IMG/VR virus record: IMGVR_UViG_3300045988_151578
Length of the DNA stretch: 64,000 nucleotides
Strand: one strand, 5' to 3'
Source of the DNA: a virus
The translations under genes and the position numbers were made by a program. The notes beneath the pieces were generated by a model. That model did no database searches and was not told where the DNA came from. It saw only the letters and a list, made by a program, of their open reading frames with translations. Each line of letters starts with the position of its first letter. The stretch's first letter is position 1. This document shows, one piece after another, positions 1-8,493 of the stretch.

Positions 1-1887
1 AAGGATACTACCAAACAAAGTCATATCAGATGCGGGAGATTGACATGGGAAATTTAATCCCAATCTTATAGCATAAGCTTCTTCATCACTGCTTTCAGAA
101 TAAATCTGAGGTAATCTACGTCTTCTACCAAATAATGACATAAGATAACCATGTTTTCTTAGATATATTTCCTGTTTCTCCTTAAATTCTCTTAATTTTG
201 GATGTTCATTGAAATATTCATCCATTTCTCTTTGAGCTTCCTGTTTAGAAACTATAATACCTGCTTTAGGATCTGATAACTTAACTGCTAATAGATTTGC
301 TCCGATACCATATATCAATCCAAAAGCTGTTTGCTTAGCATTTTTTCTACGTATTTTCCAAAGAGTATGTTCCGGATGTTGTTCATCATCATATATTGCA
401 AATGCTTCATCATAGGGTACTTTATATTTTTTAGCAGCAATAGCTAAGTGTGGATCTTGACCTTCTGCAAATGCTCTTAAATAAGTTTCATCTCCAGATA
501 AGTGAGCCATCATTCTTAATTCTGCTTGAGAAAAATCGGATTCAAAATATAATTTGCCAGGTTCTGCTACTAATTGCTTCTTTATATTGGGATCTACCGT
601 AGTTTTAGGTATTTGCTGCATATTTGGTTCAGCAGAAGATAATCTACCAGATGTGGTTCCATGAATTAAATATCGTCCATGTAATCTATGATCATCCTGA
701 TATTTTTCACTCCATCCTAAGATATAAGTCTTATACATTTTTTCCAATCCTCTTAATTCAAGAAGATTATCCAAGAAAATGGCTTTTGGTGAATCGGGAT
801 TTTTTACTTTTAACCTAAGATTTGATAGAGTTTCCTCATCAGTACTTGGTTTACCCTTATCCGTATATTTTAAAACAGGAAATTTAAATCCATCTTCACT
901 ATACATTAATTGAGGTAAATCATTATTACTGTTTAAGTTTACTCCCTTAGGCAGATCTAATTCCTTTTTAGAACTATATATTCCAGCTTTAATATTGGAT
1001 ATTTTAGTCAATCTATTAGCTATTTTCTTTTCATTAGAACTACCTTCTGATTCTTCTAGTTCTTCTATTTCTTTTTGGATAGATTCTATATAGTTACTTA
1101 TTTTAGTATCTACTAGATATTTACTGAACCTTTTAACCTTTGGCAAATTATAAATATTCTCATAGGCTTTCTCTATTTTAGGTTGATAATCCTGTAATAG
1201 CTTTTTATTAAATTCAGTATCAATATACAAGCCATTCCTTTCAACGCCTTGTATAACCCTTGAAGCAGGCATTATGAGATTTCTGAATAGATTGTAAAAT
1301 CCCAGTTTAATAAGTTTATTCTCTAAGAAGATACATAATCTAAAAGTATAATCACTATCCTGGCATCCATATTTGCATAGAGGTTCTAATTCCTTTTTAT
1401 CCCAAGGTATCTTATCGAAATTATCTTGTTTTTCATAATCTACATGTTCAGGTAAGTATCTCCTTACCATACTCTTAAGATCGTTAGGTTTCTCTTCATT
1501 AAGAACATATTTAGCAAGCATACCATCTATAACAGTACCTCTATACCAAATCTTATACCTATCGAATATCTGAAAGTCAAACTTTAAGTTCCAACCTAAT
1601 TTAACTACTTTTGGGTTTTCTATAATATGCTTACCAAATATTAGCAAAGCTTTTTTCCAATTATATCCCTTATCGGTATACTGTTTTGTCTGAAAATGGT
1701 CTAAAGGGATAGAACAACCCATACCTGGTTGAAAACATACAGATAGTATAGTTGGTTTAAAAGTATCATTATATATGGGTTCACTATTAGTTTCAAAGTC
1801 TACAGATGAATATCCAGTAGACTTACAAGCTCGAATTAATTTGTAAAGCTCCTTATAATTTCTTATTATGTGATATTTAGTTTCCAT
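1..1887 (-). CDS. DNA polymerase, family A (Pol I-like) with 3'-5' exonuclease domain; C-terminus cut by window edge
   Basis: It is missing from the ORF track because it runs off the window. My own translation from the ATG at 1887-1885 reads METKYHIIRNYKEL... It contains ExoI-like SVDFETN, Pol A motif A FESDFSQAELRMMAHLSGD and motif B RRKNAKQTAFGLIYG. The frame stays open to base 1. Confidence 0.85.
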   Translation of the reverse strand, partial: METKYHIIRNYKELYKLIRACKSTGYSSVDFETNSEPIYNDTFKPTILSVCFQPGMGCSIPLDHFQTKQYTDKGYNWKKALLIFGKHIIENPKVVKLGWNLKFDFQIFDRYKIWYRGTVIDGMLAKYVLNEEKPNDLKSMVRRYLPEHVDYEKQDNFDKIPWDKKELEPLCKYGCQDSDYTFRLCIFLENKLIKLGFYNLFRNLIMPASRVIQGVERNGLYIDTEFNKKLLQDYQPKIEKAYENIYNLPKVKRFSKYLVDTKISNYIESIQKEIEELEESEGSSNEKKIANRLTKISNIKAGIYSSKKELDLPKGVNLNSNNDLPQLMYSEDGFKFPVLKYTDKGKPSTDEETLSNLRLKVKNPDSPKAIFLDNLLELRGLEKMYKTYILGWSEKYQDDHRLHGRYLIHGTTSGRLSSAEPNMQQIPKTTVDPNIKKQLVAEPGKLYFESDFSQAELRMMAHLSGDETYLRAFAEGQDPHLAIAAKKYKVPYDEAFAIYDDEQHPEHTLWKIRRKNAKQTAFGLIYGIGANLLAVKLSDPKAGIIVSKQEAQREMDEYFNEHPKLREFKEKQEIYLRKHGYLMSLFGRRRRLPQIYSESSDEEAYAIRLGLNFPCQSPASDMTLFGSIL

Positions 1888-1902
1888 ATATAACCGTATT
1901 TA

Positions 1903-1924
1903 AGGGTGAGGATATCCTCACCCT
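1903..1924 (-). other. Perfect 22-nt palindrome (hairpin) between the TS-like gene stop and the polymerase start
   Basis: AGGGTGAGGAT|ATCCTCACCCT read directly. No U-tract follows on the minus strand, so this is more likely an attenuator or processing hairpin than a strong terminator. Confidence 0.4.
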
Positions 1925-1930
1925 ATGTTT

Positions 1931-2707
1931 TTAATATTTATCAACTAATTCTGATAGATCTCTACTAAGCCCCTTCCAATCTTTTTTGTAAGCATGTAGA
2001 GAATCTATATTGTGGTATAAATAACCCGGTGCAACACCAACTTCTTTAGCAATGTAATTCTTTAATCTCCAAGCTAAGTATACATCGTTACCGAAGTGTT
2101 GTATATAATCTGAGGATCTCTGATTATATATCATATGAAGTACCTTTCTTCCGCCTATGTTCTCTCTTATTAAGAAATGATAATACATTGAACATGGTAT
2201 TCTTCTAGAACCATCAAGATAATCCTTATCTATAGTTGTATTCCATACACTTAATATTGCTTTACGAGTATCAGGATCATCTTTAAGTAACTGTATTACG
2301 TTGTCAATGTAATTATTACAATTATCTTTATAAAAGGCTAAATCATTAAATCTTTCATTATAGGTATAATCAAATACTCCATGATCATTACCTCTGTCTA
2401 CCAAGAATTGTTCCCAAAGATCCCTTCTTTCTTTCCAAGCTTCTCCCGGGTTTATAAAGCTTCTATTTATTCTCTCATTAAATTCGGCTTTAGCCCAATC
2501 ATATGAATGAGAGAATGTGAACAACCAAACTGGATCACCAATATCTATCAAACAATATGACTGAGCGATTATTTCCTTAGTTATATAATCCTCATTACCC
2601 TCGATATCTTTATTCTGATAATGTTTAGGTTTTACAGTAAAACCATAACTCCTTAATTCCCTGCCCATTTCTGACATGAGCTCAAATGAATTTCCAAATA
2701 TTCTCAT
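1931..2707 (-). CDS. Thymidylate-synthase-superfamily enzyme; motif pattern closest to deoxypyrimidine-nucleotide hydroxymethylases/methylases
   Basis: Colinear TS-fold motifs: DPDTRKAILSVWN, nucleophile Cys in RIPCSMYYHFLIRE, NQRSSDYIQHFGNDVYLAW (R-S-x-D then N-D) and SLHAY. The C-terminal region after the H-x-Y motif is much shorter than in ThyA. Confidence 0.65.
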   Translation of the reverse strand: MRIFGNSFELMSEMGRELRSYGFTVKPKHYQNKDIEGNEDYITKEIIAQSYCLIDIGDPVWLFTFSHSYDWAKAEFNERINRSFINPGEAWKERRDLWEQFLVDRGNDHGVFDYTYNERFNDLAFYKDNCNNYIDNVIQLLKDDPDTRKAILSVWNTTIDKDYLDGSRRIPCSMYYHFLIRENIGGRKVLHMIYNQRSSDYIQHFGNDVYLAWRLKNYIAKEVGVAPGYLYHNIDSLHAYKKDWKGLSRDLSELVDKY

Positions 2708-2747
2708 AGTTTTAATTATTTATTGTTAATCTATAGCAAACGGTCTA

Positions 2748-3683
2748 CTATTTACTGTTAGAGTTGTTTTTAGCTTCTCTTTTCATCTTAGCCAGGTATT
2801 TCTTTTTATAGGCTTTTCTTTGAGAAAAACTTATTATGTTCTCGGGATATTCAATATCATCTTCCTCTATTACTAAGTCCTTAGCATATAGGGGTCTATA
2901 AGTATATATATCTGGTCTAAGTACTTTAAAACTTCGGAAATATACCTTGAATGAAGAAAAATCCTTCTCTTCTCCCTTCTTAAACTTATCAAATACTGAC
3001 TTAACCTTAGTTACCCAGGGATTATCAATACCCTTTAATACCTTCTTAAGGGATTTATGAGTATGATACATGATAAGGGTCTCAGTATTACCATACATCT
3101 GGGTAGCAAATACATTTAGCTGTACCGATTGATTAGGTCCATAAATGTATTCAGCCATCCTCTGAACCAGTAAGAAATCAAAAATGAGCCTTTTAGTAAT
3201 TTCTGAAGCTCTTAATACCATAGTTATTACAGGTATATCTTCCTGAAATCTTTTAGAGAATGTAGCCGATATTAGGCATTGCTTACCATTATCATGCTTA
3301 TTATTGAAGATATAACTTACATTGTAATTCTGATTATATTTCACTTTTAGGAATCTTAACTTACTTCTAAGTAAATCTAGCTTGTTAAAATCAATATAAT
3401 TATTCAGCAAGCTTGACCATTTAGAACTTGTATAGTTAAAACACCTACCATAATCAAATTCAGGATCAACCCAGGCTTTTCTTATTCGAATAAATACGTT
3501 ATATACTACGGCTAATCCACTATTGGCTATAGCTCCTTTATTAAATAATATTGGGTTCAACTGTAAGAAGTACTCATTAAGTTTTTCCCATGCCTCCTGA
3601 GAGGTAGAGAACTCCAGAGTATGAATATTCTCTGAACAATCCATGTTCTCTAACCCCTCTAATTGTTTATTCCATCCAGACAT
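2748..3683 (-). CDS. Divergent second TS-fold paralogue, function unknown
   Basis: Hand alignment only. Matches are YTSSKW, NGKQCLISATFSKR (Cys), ITMVLRASEITKRLIFDFLL (R-x-S-E ... F-D) and VFATQMYGN, in the same order as the TS motifs. It carries a Lys-rich C-terminal tail of about 70 aa. Confidence 0.4.
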   Translation of the reverse strand: MSGWNKQLEGLENMDCSENIHTLEFSTSQEAWEKLNEYFLQLNPILFNKGAIANSGLAVVYNVFIRIRKAWVDPEFDYGRCFNYTSSKWSSLLNNYIDFNKLDLLRSKLRFLKVKYNQNYNVSYIFNNKHDNGKQCLISATFSKRFQEDIPVITMVLRASEITKRLIFDFLLVQRMAEYIYGPNQSVQLNVFATQMYGNTETLIMYHTHKSLKKVLKGIDNPWVTKVKSVFDKFKKGEEKDFSSFKVYFRSFKVLRPDIYTYRPLYAKDLVIEEDDIEYPENIISFSQRKAYKKKYLAKMKREAKNNSNSK

Positions 3684-3684
3684 A

Positions 3685-4533
3685 TTAATAATTAGTTTTT
3701 AATCTCCAAAGGTTTAACTTATACTTCTTAAAGTATAGATTAGTTATACTGTAACAATCAAATCCATACATCTTAATAAATCCCATAAATAAATAGAAGG
3801 CTTCTACGATATAATTTTGAACTTCATTTTCTTTAGTTAATACCTGAGTTTTCTTCCATGGTCTACACTTAAGATCATTTCTAGCCATATTAAGGCAATA
3901 GGTTATATGGAATATAGCCAATTTCTCTGTTCGGTGATAACCATAATTCATACGACTAAATCCCGGGATGTATTCACTATCGGATGATGTTTGGTAATCC
4001 ACTATATTATATGGAGCAGTAGTTATAGCAGAATCATCCATCTTACTTATAAGTAAATCACGTCCAACAGCCATTACCTGATTTAAATTGGTGCATACCT
4101 TGGTTATATACTTACCTGACCACCTTAGTAAATCACTACTATCAATGTTCAAATAAAGAAGGATAGTCATAAGGAATCCCAAAGCATCTGCCTGTTCTTC
4201 ACAAGCATTCTGCAATGTATCTTTTATATACTGGGTACTTTCATCATCTAACCTATCCATATTCCATCCAATAGAATCATTATTCAATAACTGATATACA
4301 GTATCGGTAGATTCAAATCCCTCATTTAGTTCCTCTATAACCCTACTTATAAAATCCTTTATGATCTCCTGATTACGAGGTATATTAATATTCATAGGAT
4401 AATCAGGTAATTGTTCTATACCACTATCCTTATAAGCTTTAAGTTGATCCTTAGCTATGTCGAATATAGTATCTAAAAAATTTAGATTATAGGAATCTAT
4501 AGATAACTTATCTTTAATATTACGTATATCCAT
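3685..4533 (-). CDS. All-alpha NTP pyrophosphohydrolase (MazG / dimeric dUTPase-dCTPase superfamily)
   Basis: E-E-x-x-E (VIEELNEGFE) is followed about 45 aa later by E-x-x-D (CEEQADALGFLMTILL), the MazG-type metal-binding signature. A second helical half contains KCRPWKK. Confidence 0.5.
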   Translation of the reverse strand: MDIRNIKDKLSIDSYNLNFLDTIFDIAKDQLKAYKDSGIEQLPDYPMNINIPRNQEIIKDFISRVIEELNEGFESTDTVYQLLNNDSIGWNMDRLDDESTQYIKDTLQNACEEQADALGFLMTILLYLNIDSSDLLRWSGKYITKVCTNLNQVMAVGRDLLISKMDDSAITTAPYNIVDYQTSSDSEYIPGFSRMNYGYHRTEKLAIFHITYCLNMARNDLKCRPWKKTQVLTKENEVQNYIVEAFYLFMGFIKMYGFDCYSITNLYFKKYKLNLWRLKTNY

Positions 4534-4535
4534 AA

Positions 4536-5312
4536 TTATAATTTTTCAGTTGAAATACCAGATCCCATACCATTAGACCCTCTATCACTACCATTAGATA
4601 ACTTATCATAAGCTTCATCGGTAGTTTCAAGTAATACGCTTTTGATATATGGTGTATGTAAGAATTGTATCAACCCCTTATTATTTGAATAAGTAGCCAT
4701 ATCCAAAGTTACAGATTTATCCCCTAAGTTAGCTAAGCCTATATGTATTTCACCAGTATAATCTGCATCTACTACTTCAGCAGTAAATATCAAGCCATTA
4801 TTAGTAGCCATACCAGATTTATTCTTAGCCAATAGACAAGTACCTTTATCTACTATCCATACCCTTATACCTGAAGGAATAGAAACTCTTCCGTTTGGTT
4901 TTATAACTATACTATCTATCTCTCCCAATAGATTAGTATTAAACAAACAGCGATGATATTTAGTTATATCAGAGGGTTTTAACAGTGGCATAAAGAAATC
5001 TATACCAGCATCATTGTTACAAGCTCTTCTTGGACATTTAACTTTCCTTAATCGAGTAAAGTAAATCAAATCTGATTCTACTAAATCCTCTACATCATCA
5101 TGAAGGTGAATTTTATTATTTCTCATAGTTTTCTTATCTTTATTTATTATTTCTAAACTACCATCTCCAACAAAATCAAGTCTACTCATAAATTCCTCTT
5201 TTCTTTTGGCTCTTTTAGCTTGATTTTCTTTAGAAATAGATTCGATATCTCTATAAAAACTGTAAAGCTTAAATTTAAAATTTGGCTTTTTATTTCTTTT
5301 ATGATTTACCAT
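4536..5312 (-). CDS. dut: Trimeric dUTPase with an N-terminal basic extension of about 60-100 aa
   Basis: All five dUTPase motifs are present in order: NDAGIDFFMP, KNKSGMA, AEVVDADYTGEIHIG, GLIQFL and SDRGSNGMGSG. The start could instead be an internal Met (MSRLDF or MRNNKI). Confidence 0.85.
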   Translation of the reverse strand: MVNHKRNKKPNFKFKLYSFYRDIESISKENQAKRAKRKEEFMSRLDFVGDGSLEIINKDKKTMRNNKIHLHDDVEDLVESDLIYFTRLRKVKCPRRACNNDAGIDFFMPLLKPSDITKYHRCLFNTNLLGEIDSIVIKPNGRVSIPSGIRVWIVDKGTCLLAKNKSGMATNNGLIFTAEVVDADYTGEIHIGLANLGDKSVTLDMATYSNNKGLIQFLHTPYIKSVLLETTDEAYDKLSNGSDRGSNGMGSGISTEKL

Positions 5313-5706
5313 ACATCTCCCTATAGATTTTCCTTACATCCTTAGAAGGTATTTCGAATTTCTCGGAGCATTTCTTTACTATATCTCTTCGAGTATATTC
5401 ACCCTTCCTCTTTAATCTACGGATATATTTCTTTAATCCTTGAACATCTATAAGAGTATCTAAGTCCTTGTAGTGATTTTTGCTTTCTAATTCTTTTCGG
5501 GTTATATTTAAGTTTTGAGACATCTTGAAAGCACATAATTCAGAATCACCACATATTCTACACTCAGAAGTACTTAAATCATAATTCTTACCAAAGCATG
5601 GATCTCCATTAGAACCTATAAACATAAAAGATATAGGTTCTAATGGATCCTGCTTAGTAAGATCTAACGTTTTTTTCTTTTTATTGATCTTACATATAGA
5701 GCTCAT
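5299..5706 (-). CDS. Hypothetical protein (Cys-containing N-half, basic C-half)
   Basis: ORF in track. It shares strand and packing with its neighbours and overlaps dut by 14 nt. No recognisable motif. Confidence 0.55.
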   Translation of the reverse strand: MSSICKINKKKKTLDLTKQDPLEPISFMFIGSNGDPCFGKNYDLSTSECRICGDSELCAFKMSQNLNITRKELESKNHYKDLDTLIDVQGLKKYIRRLKRKGEYTRRDIVKKCSEKFEIPSKDVRKIYREMYGKS

Positions 5707-5716
5707 AAGTTACACT

Positions 5717-6223
5717 TTAACAATAACTATATTGATACAATACGTGAACAATTCCAGACCACATACCATTTTCTTTTGCTACTTCTGAATAGTATGATGA
5801 ATCAGCCAATTCTTGAGGTATGCCGTATATAGTGTATAGCTGATTTTTCAGCTTAGCATCTATCAACTGGTTCTTAATACGAATAAGATCCTGAAGATTG
5901 GTCAAATAAAGAGTTAAACTCAATTGACTGTAGATTATACTAAAACGATAAACTGTAACCGGTCCCATCTTATTCTCCATGATGTTAGTTACAAATTTAT
6001 AATCCGGATCAATAAATATATTATTGCATATATCTATCTTTGGAGCCTCTTCTCTGGGTTTAATCACTTCTTCATCTTTAATATGGTTATCATCTGTAGC
6101 CATAAGAGTTTCTCCACAATTTTTACAGATAATCTTTACTTCCTTATCTGAAGGATTAATGTTAACCATGTTTTCAGTACCGCATTTTGGGCACTTAAAA
6201 GCTTCTTTTTTAAATCTGCTCAT
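5717..6223 (-). CDS. Hypothetical protein with N-terminal zinc ribbon
   Basis: CPKCG then CKNCG about 17 aa later. The track start at 6229 is a TTG; the first ATG is at 6223-6221. Confidence 0.6.
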   Translation of the reverse strand: MSRFKKEAFKCPKCGTENMVNINPSDKEVKIICKNCGETLMATDDNHIKDEEVIKPREEAPKIDICNNIFIDPDYKFVTNIMENKMGPVTVYRFSIIYSQLSLTLYLTNLQDLIRIKNQLIDAKLKNQLYTIYGIPQELADSSYYSEVAKENGMWSGIVHVLYQYSYC

Positions 6224-6292
6224 ATTCAAAGTATTTTTAGTTATTATTTAACATAATATAATAGGTCGAAAGTAATATTTAACGTACTGGTA

Positions 6293-6799
6293 TTATTCTG
6301 CAGTAATATGATTAATCAGCTCTGATATAAGCTTGTAGTCTTTCTCTCGATGATAAGCAAGTTTCTTTGAAATCATATTCTCTAGATTTGCAAAAGGATA
6401 AGCAAGGGTTCCATTTTCAAAATCCAATCTACTGTAGCTACTTCTTATGATATCAGAATTATCATGGGGATCCACTATGATAAGATTAATGATTACTCCT
6501 TTGTAATAGAAAGCAACATTATAGGTGTTCTTATAAGAGGGATCCATTTTAATATTGCTAGCATCAACCAAAGTTTGAATGGTAGATCTTATGGATAAGA
6601 ATTCAGGTTTATTAATAAGGATATCTACATCTCCCACCAAGTATCTATGCTTTTCAGCAAATTTAGGGAATTGTTGGTATAAAGCAACTCTGCCAGTAAT
6701 AGCAGTTTGTTCTGCAATGCTGTTCTTTATTAAAACATCAGCATAAAAGCTTTCGATAGCTTTGATATACTGTTCCTTAGTAAAACTTTTGTTAAGCAT
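6293..6799 (-). CDS. Minimal nucleotidyltransferase-fold protein (MNT/AbiEii-like)
   Basis: ITGRVALYQQ...HRYLVGDVDILI has the G-[SR] ... D-x-D pattern of Pol-beta-type NTases. A later acidic IIVDPHD and a C-terminal KKLAYHREKDYKLISEL resemble the R-x-KD-x-x-D/L tail of MNT-type proteins. It is the first gene after an early promoter. Confidence 0.45.
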   Translation of the reverse strand: MLNKSFTKEQYIKAIESFYADVLIKNSIAEQTAITGRVALYQQFPKFAEKHRYLVGDVDILINKPEFLSIRSTIQTLVDASNIKMDPSYKNTYNVAFYYKGVIINLIIVDPHDNSDIIRSSYSRLDFENGTLAYPFANLENMISKKLAYHREKDYKLISELINHITAE

Positions 6800-6837
6800 A
6801 ATTTTATAATTTTAAAGTGAAACAATTTATTTATATG

Positions 6838-6869
6838 CAAATATAATATATTTATTTTATATATGCAAA
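6838..6869 (-). promoter_or_regulatory. Early promoter, Bacteroidota sigma-A type (-33 TTTG / -7 TATATTTG)
   Basis: The minus strand reads TTTG (6869-6866), 20 nt, then TATATTTG (6845-6838). It sits in a block conserved with six other copies, and a 28-nt leader identical to the 59.96 kb copy follows. Confidence 0.7.
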
Positions 6870-6963
6870 TTTCTATTTATAATAAGCTGAGTTAAGTACT
6901 TATTGTTGTGGATTAGATCTTATCTTTTAGACCTCCTTATTTTTGGGATTTATAGGTAGTGCC

Positions 6964-6991
6964 TATCTTCAGTTCCCAGGAACTGAAGATA
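6964..6991 (-). terminator. 13-bp perfect hairpin downstream of the helicase gene
   Basis: TATCTTCAGTTCC-CA-GGAACTGAAGATA read directly. It lies 22 nt after the stop at 7013. No clear U-tract. Confidence 0.45.
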
Positions 6992-7012
6992 TGACATCAT
7001 AGTACTTATGAT

Positions 7013-8491
7013 TTATAGAGGATACGAGTATTTATGCCTATTCTTCGAGAGATCTATTACCTTTAACCCCTGATCTATATAATAATTCTTTCTATGCTTA
7101 CTATGCCTTGAAAGATATTTACCAGGGTAAGATAAATCATCTAAATAAACACGACTCTTAGTTTTACTGGTTCTTACTAATCGTCCTAAGAACTGAATAG
7201 ATTTTTCTTGAGAATCCATAGATGATGCCTGTATCATACATCTCAATAAAGGAAAGTTTTTACCACGAGCTATAATAGTAGTAGATATTAGGATATCTAT
7301 ATCACCATTCCTAAATTTATTCATTATATCTACTCTCTCTTTAGTTGGAGTATTTACATGTACACAGGCAATTTTATATTTCTTAAGTTTATCTTTCAAG
7401 AATGTATAAAGATTTTCTGCATGTTTAACATATTTGCATACTACGAGAGCAGGAACTCTACCGTATGACAAATTATATTTTAATCGGAATAATACCATTT
7501 GCCAATTACGAGTATTATTCGTAATCATATCATCATATAAATCCTTATAATCGGTATACTCAGATTCATAATTACCATACCAATATTTTCCAGGAACTAT
7601 TTTCACTATGGTGTTAGTAGAATATCCCTTTTTAATGGATTCCTTTAAAGTGAATTTAGCTATCTCAGGACCAAAAAAAGATTCAAGGTTAAAATTCTTA
7701 AGCTTATCCTTAGCTAATTTACTCATATATATGGTTCCAGATAAACCTAATCTTACCCGGGTATTATATAAATGAGTTATCACATTCTGATACATTTTAT
7801 TATTAGCCAAGTCTGCCTCATCTACTAATACCATATCAATTTTAGATAACTCTCTTTGATAGGTCTTTATATTCCGGGATATAGATTGGATCATACCTAT
7901 AGAGAATTGGGTCCAATTACTAACTTTACTACCCTGAACATAAGTTATGTTTTCATTTGGTAGGTATTTACAGAATTCTTGCTTAGCTTGTCTTAACCAA
8001 TCGGCATCATTAGTTATCAATAAAGTCTTTAGTTTCTTTTTAAAAGATAGATACAAAGCCGACATTATTAAACTCTTACCAGCATTTACCGTATAATTTA
8101 TTACACCAATAGGATATTGTACTCCCATAATTTGATTATGAATAACTGATTCTACGGCTTTAATCTGTTCGGGTCTTAATTTATACTCTCCTATTGATCT
8201 TATGGATTTATCTACTTTAGGTATTGGAGATCTTTCATCTAATATCCTAAAATCTTTATACCCATAACTGTGTAATAAATTTACTATCCTGGGTAACATA
8301 CCAATTTTAAATTGGCCTTTAGCGGAAATAAATTTTACTTTACCATCCCAATTAGCCATACCTCTGGCTCTAGTCCTTAAATAAAAAGCATTGGGATGTC
8401 TTATTGATAGGTCTTTATATAATTTTAAAGCCCACTTCTGAGGTATATCTACCTCTCCAACATTACAATTTTTAATTATTATCCTTCCCAT
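7013..8491 (-). CDS. Superfamily 2 DNA helicase (DEAD/DEAH-type, UvsW/RecG-like role possible)
   Basis: Motif I VNAGKSLIMSA, motif II VLVDEADL, motif III LSGT, motif VI QFLGRLVRT. Confidence 0.8.
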   Translation of the reverse strand: MGRIIIKNCNVGEVDIPQKWALKLYKDLSIRHPNAFYLRTRARGMANWDGKVKFISAKGQFKIGMLPRIVNLLHSYGYKDFRILDERSPIPKVDKSIRSIGEYKLRPEQIKAVESVIHNQIMGVQYPIGVINYTVNAGKSLIMSALYLSFKKKLKTLLITNDADWLRQAKQEFCKYLPNENITYVQGSKVSNWTQFSIGMIQSISRNIKTYQRELSKIDMVLVDEADLANNKMYQNVITHLYNTRVRLGLSGTIYMSKLAKDKLKNFNLESFFGPEIAKFTLKESIKKGYSTNTIVKIVPGKYWYGNYESEYTDYKDLYDDMITNNTRNWQMVLFRLKYNLSYGRVPALVVCKYVKHAENLYTFLKDKLKKYKIACVHVNTPTKERVDIMNKFRNGDIDILISTTIIARGKNFPLLRCMIQASSMDSQEKSIQFLGRLVRTSKTKSRVYLDDLSYPGKYLSRHSKHRKNYYIDQGLKVIDLSKNRHKYSYPL

Positions 8492-8493
8492 AT

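Noticed and set aside
624-818. Plus-strand 64-aa ORF inside the polymerase gene
   Set aside because: It is antisense to a long, motif-supported CDS, starts at TTG and has low-complexity content.
5924-6251. Two plus-strand 75-aa ORFs (5924..6151, 6024..6251)
   Set aside because: They are antisense to the zinc-ribbon CDS. Such shadow ORFs are typical of AT-rich sequence.
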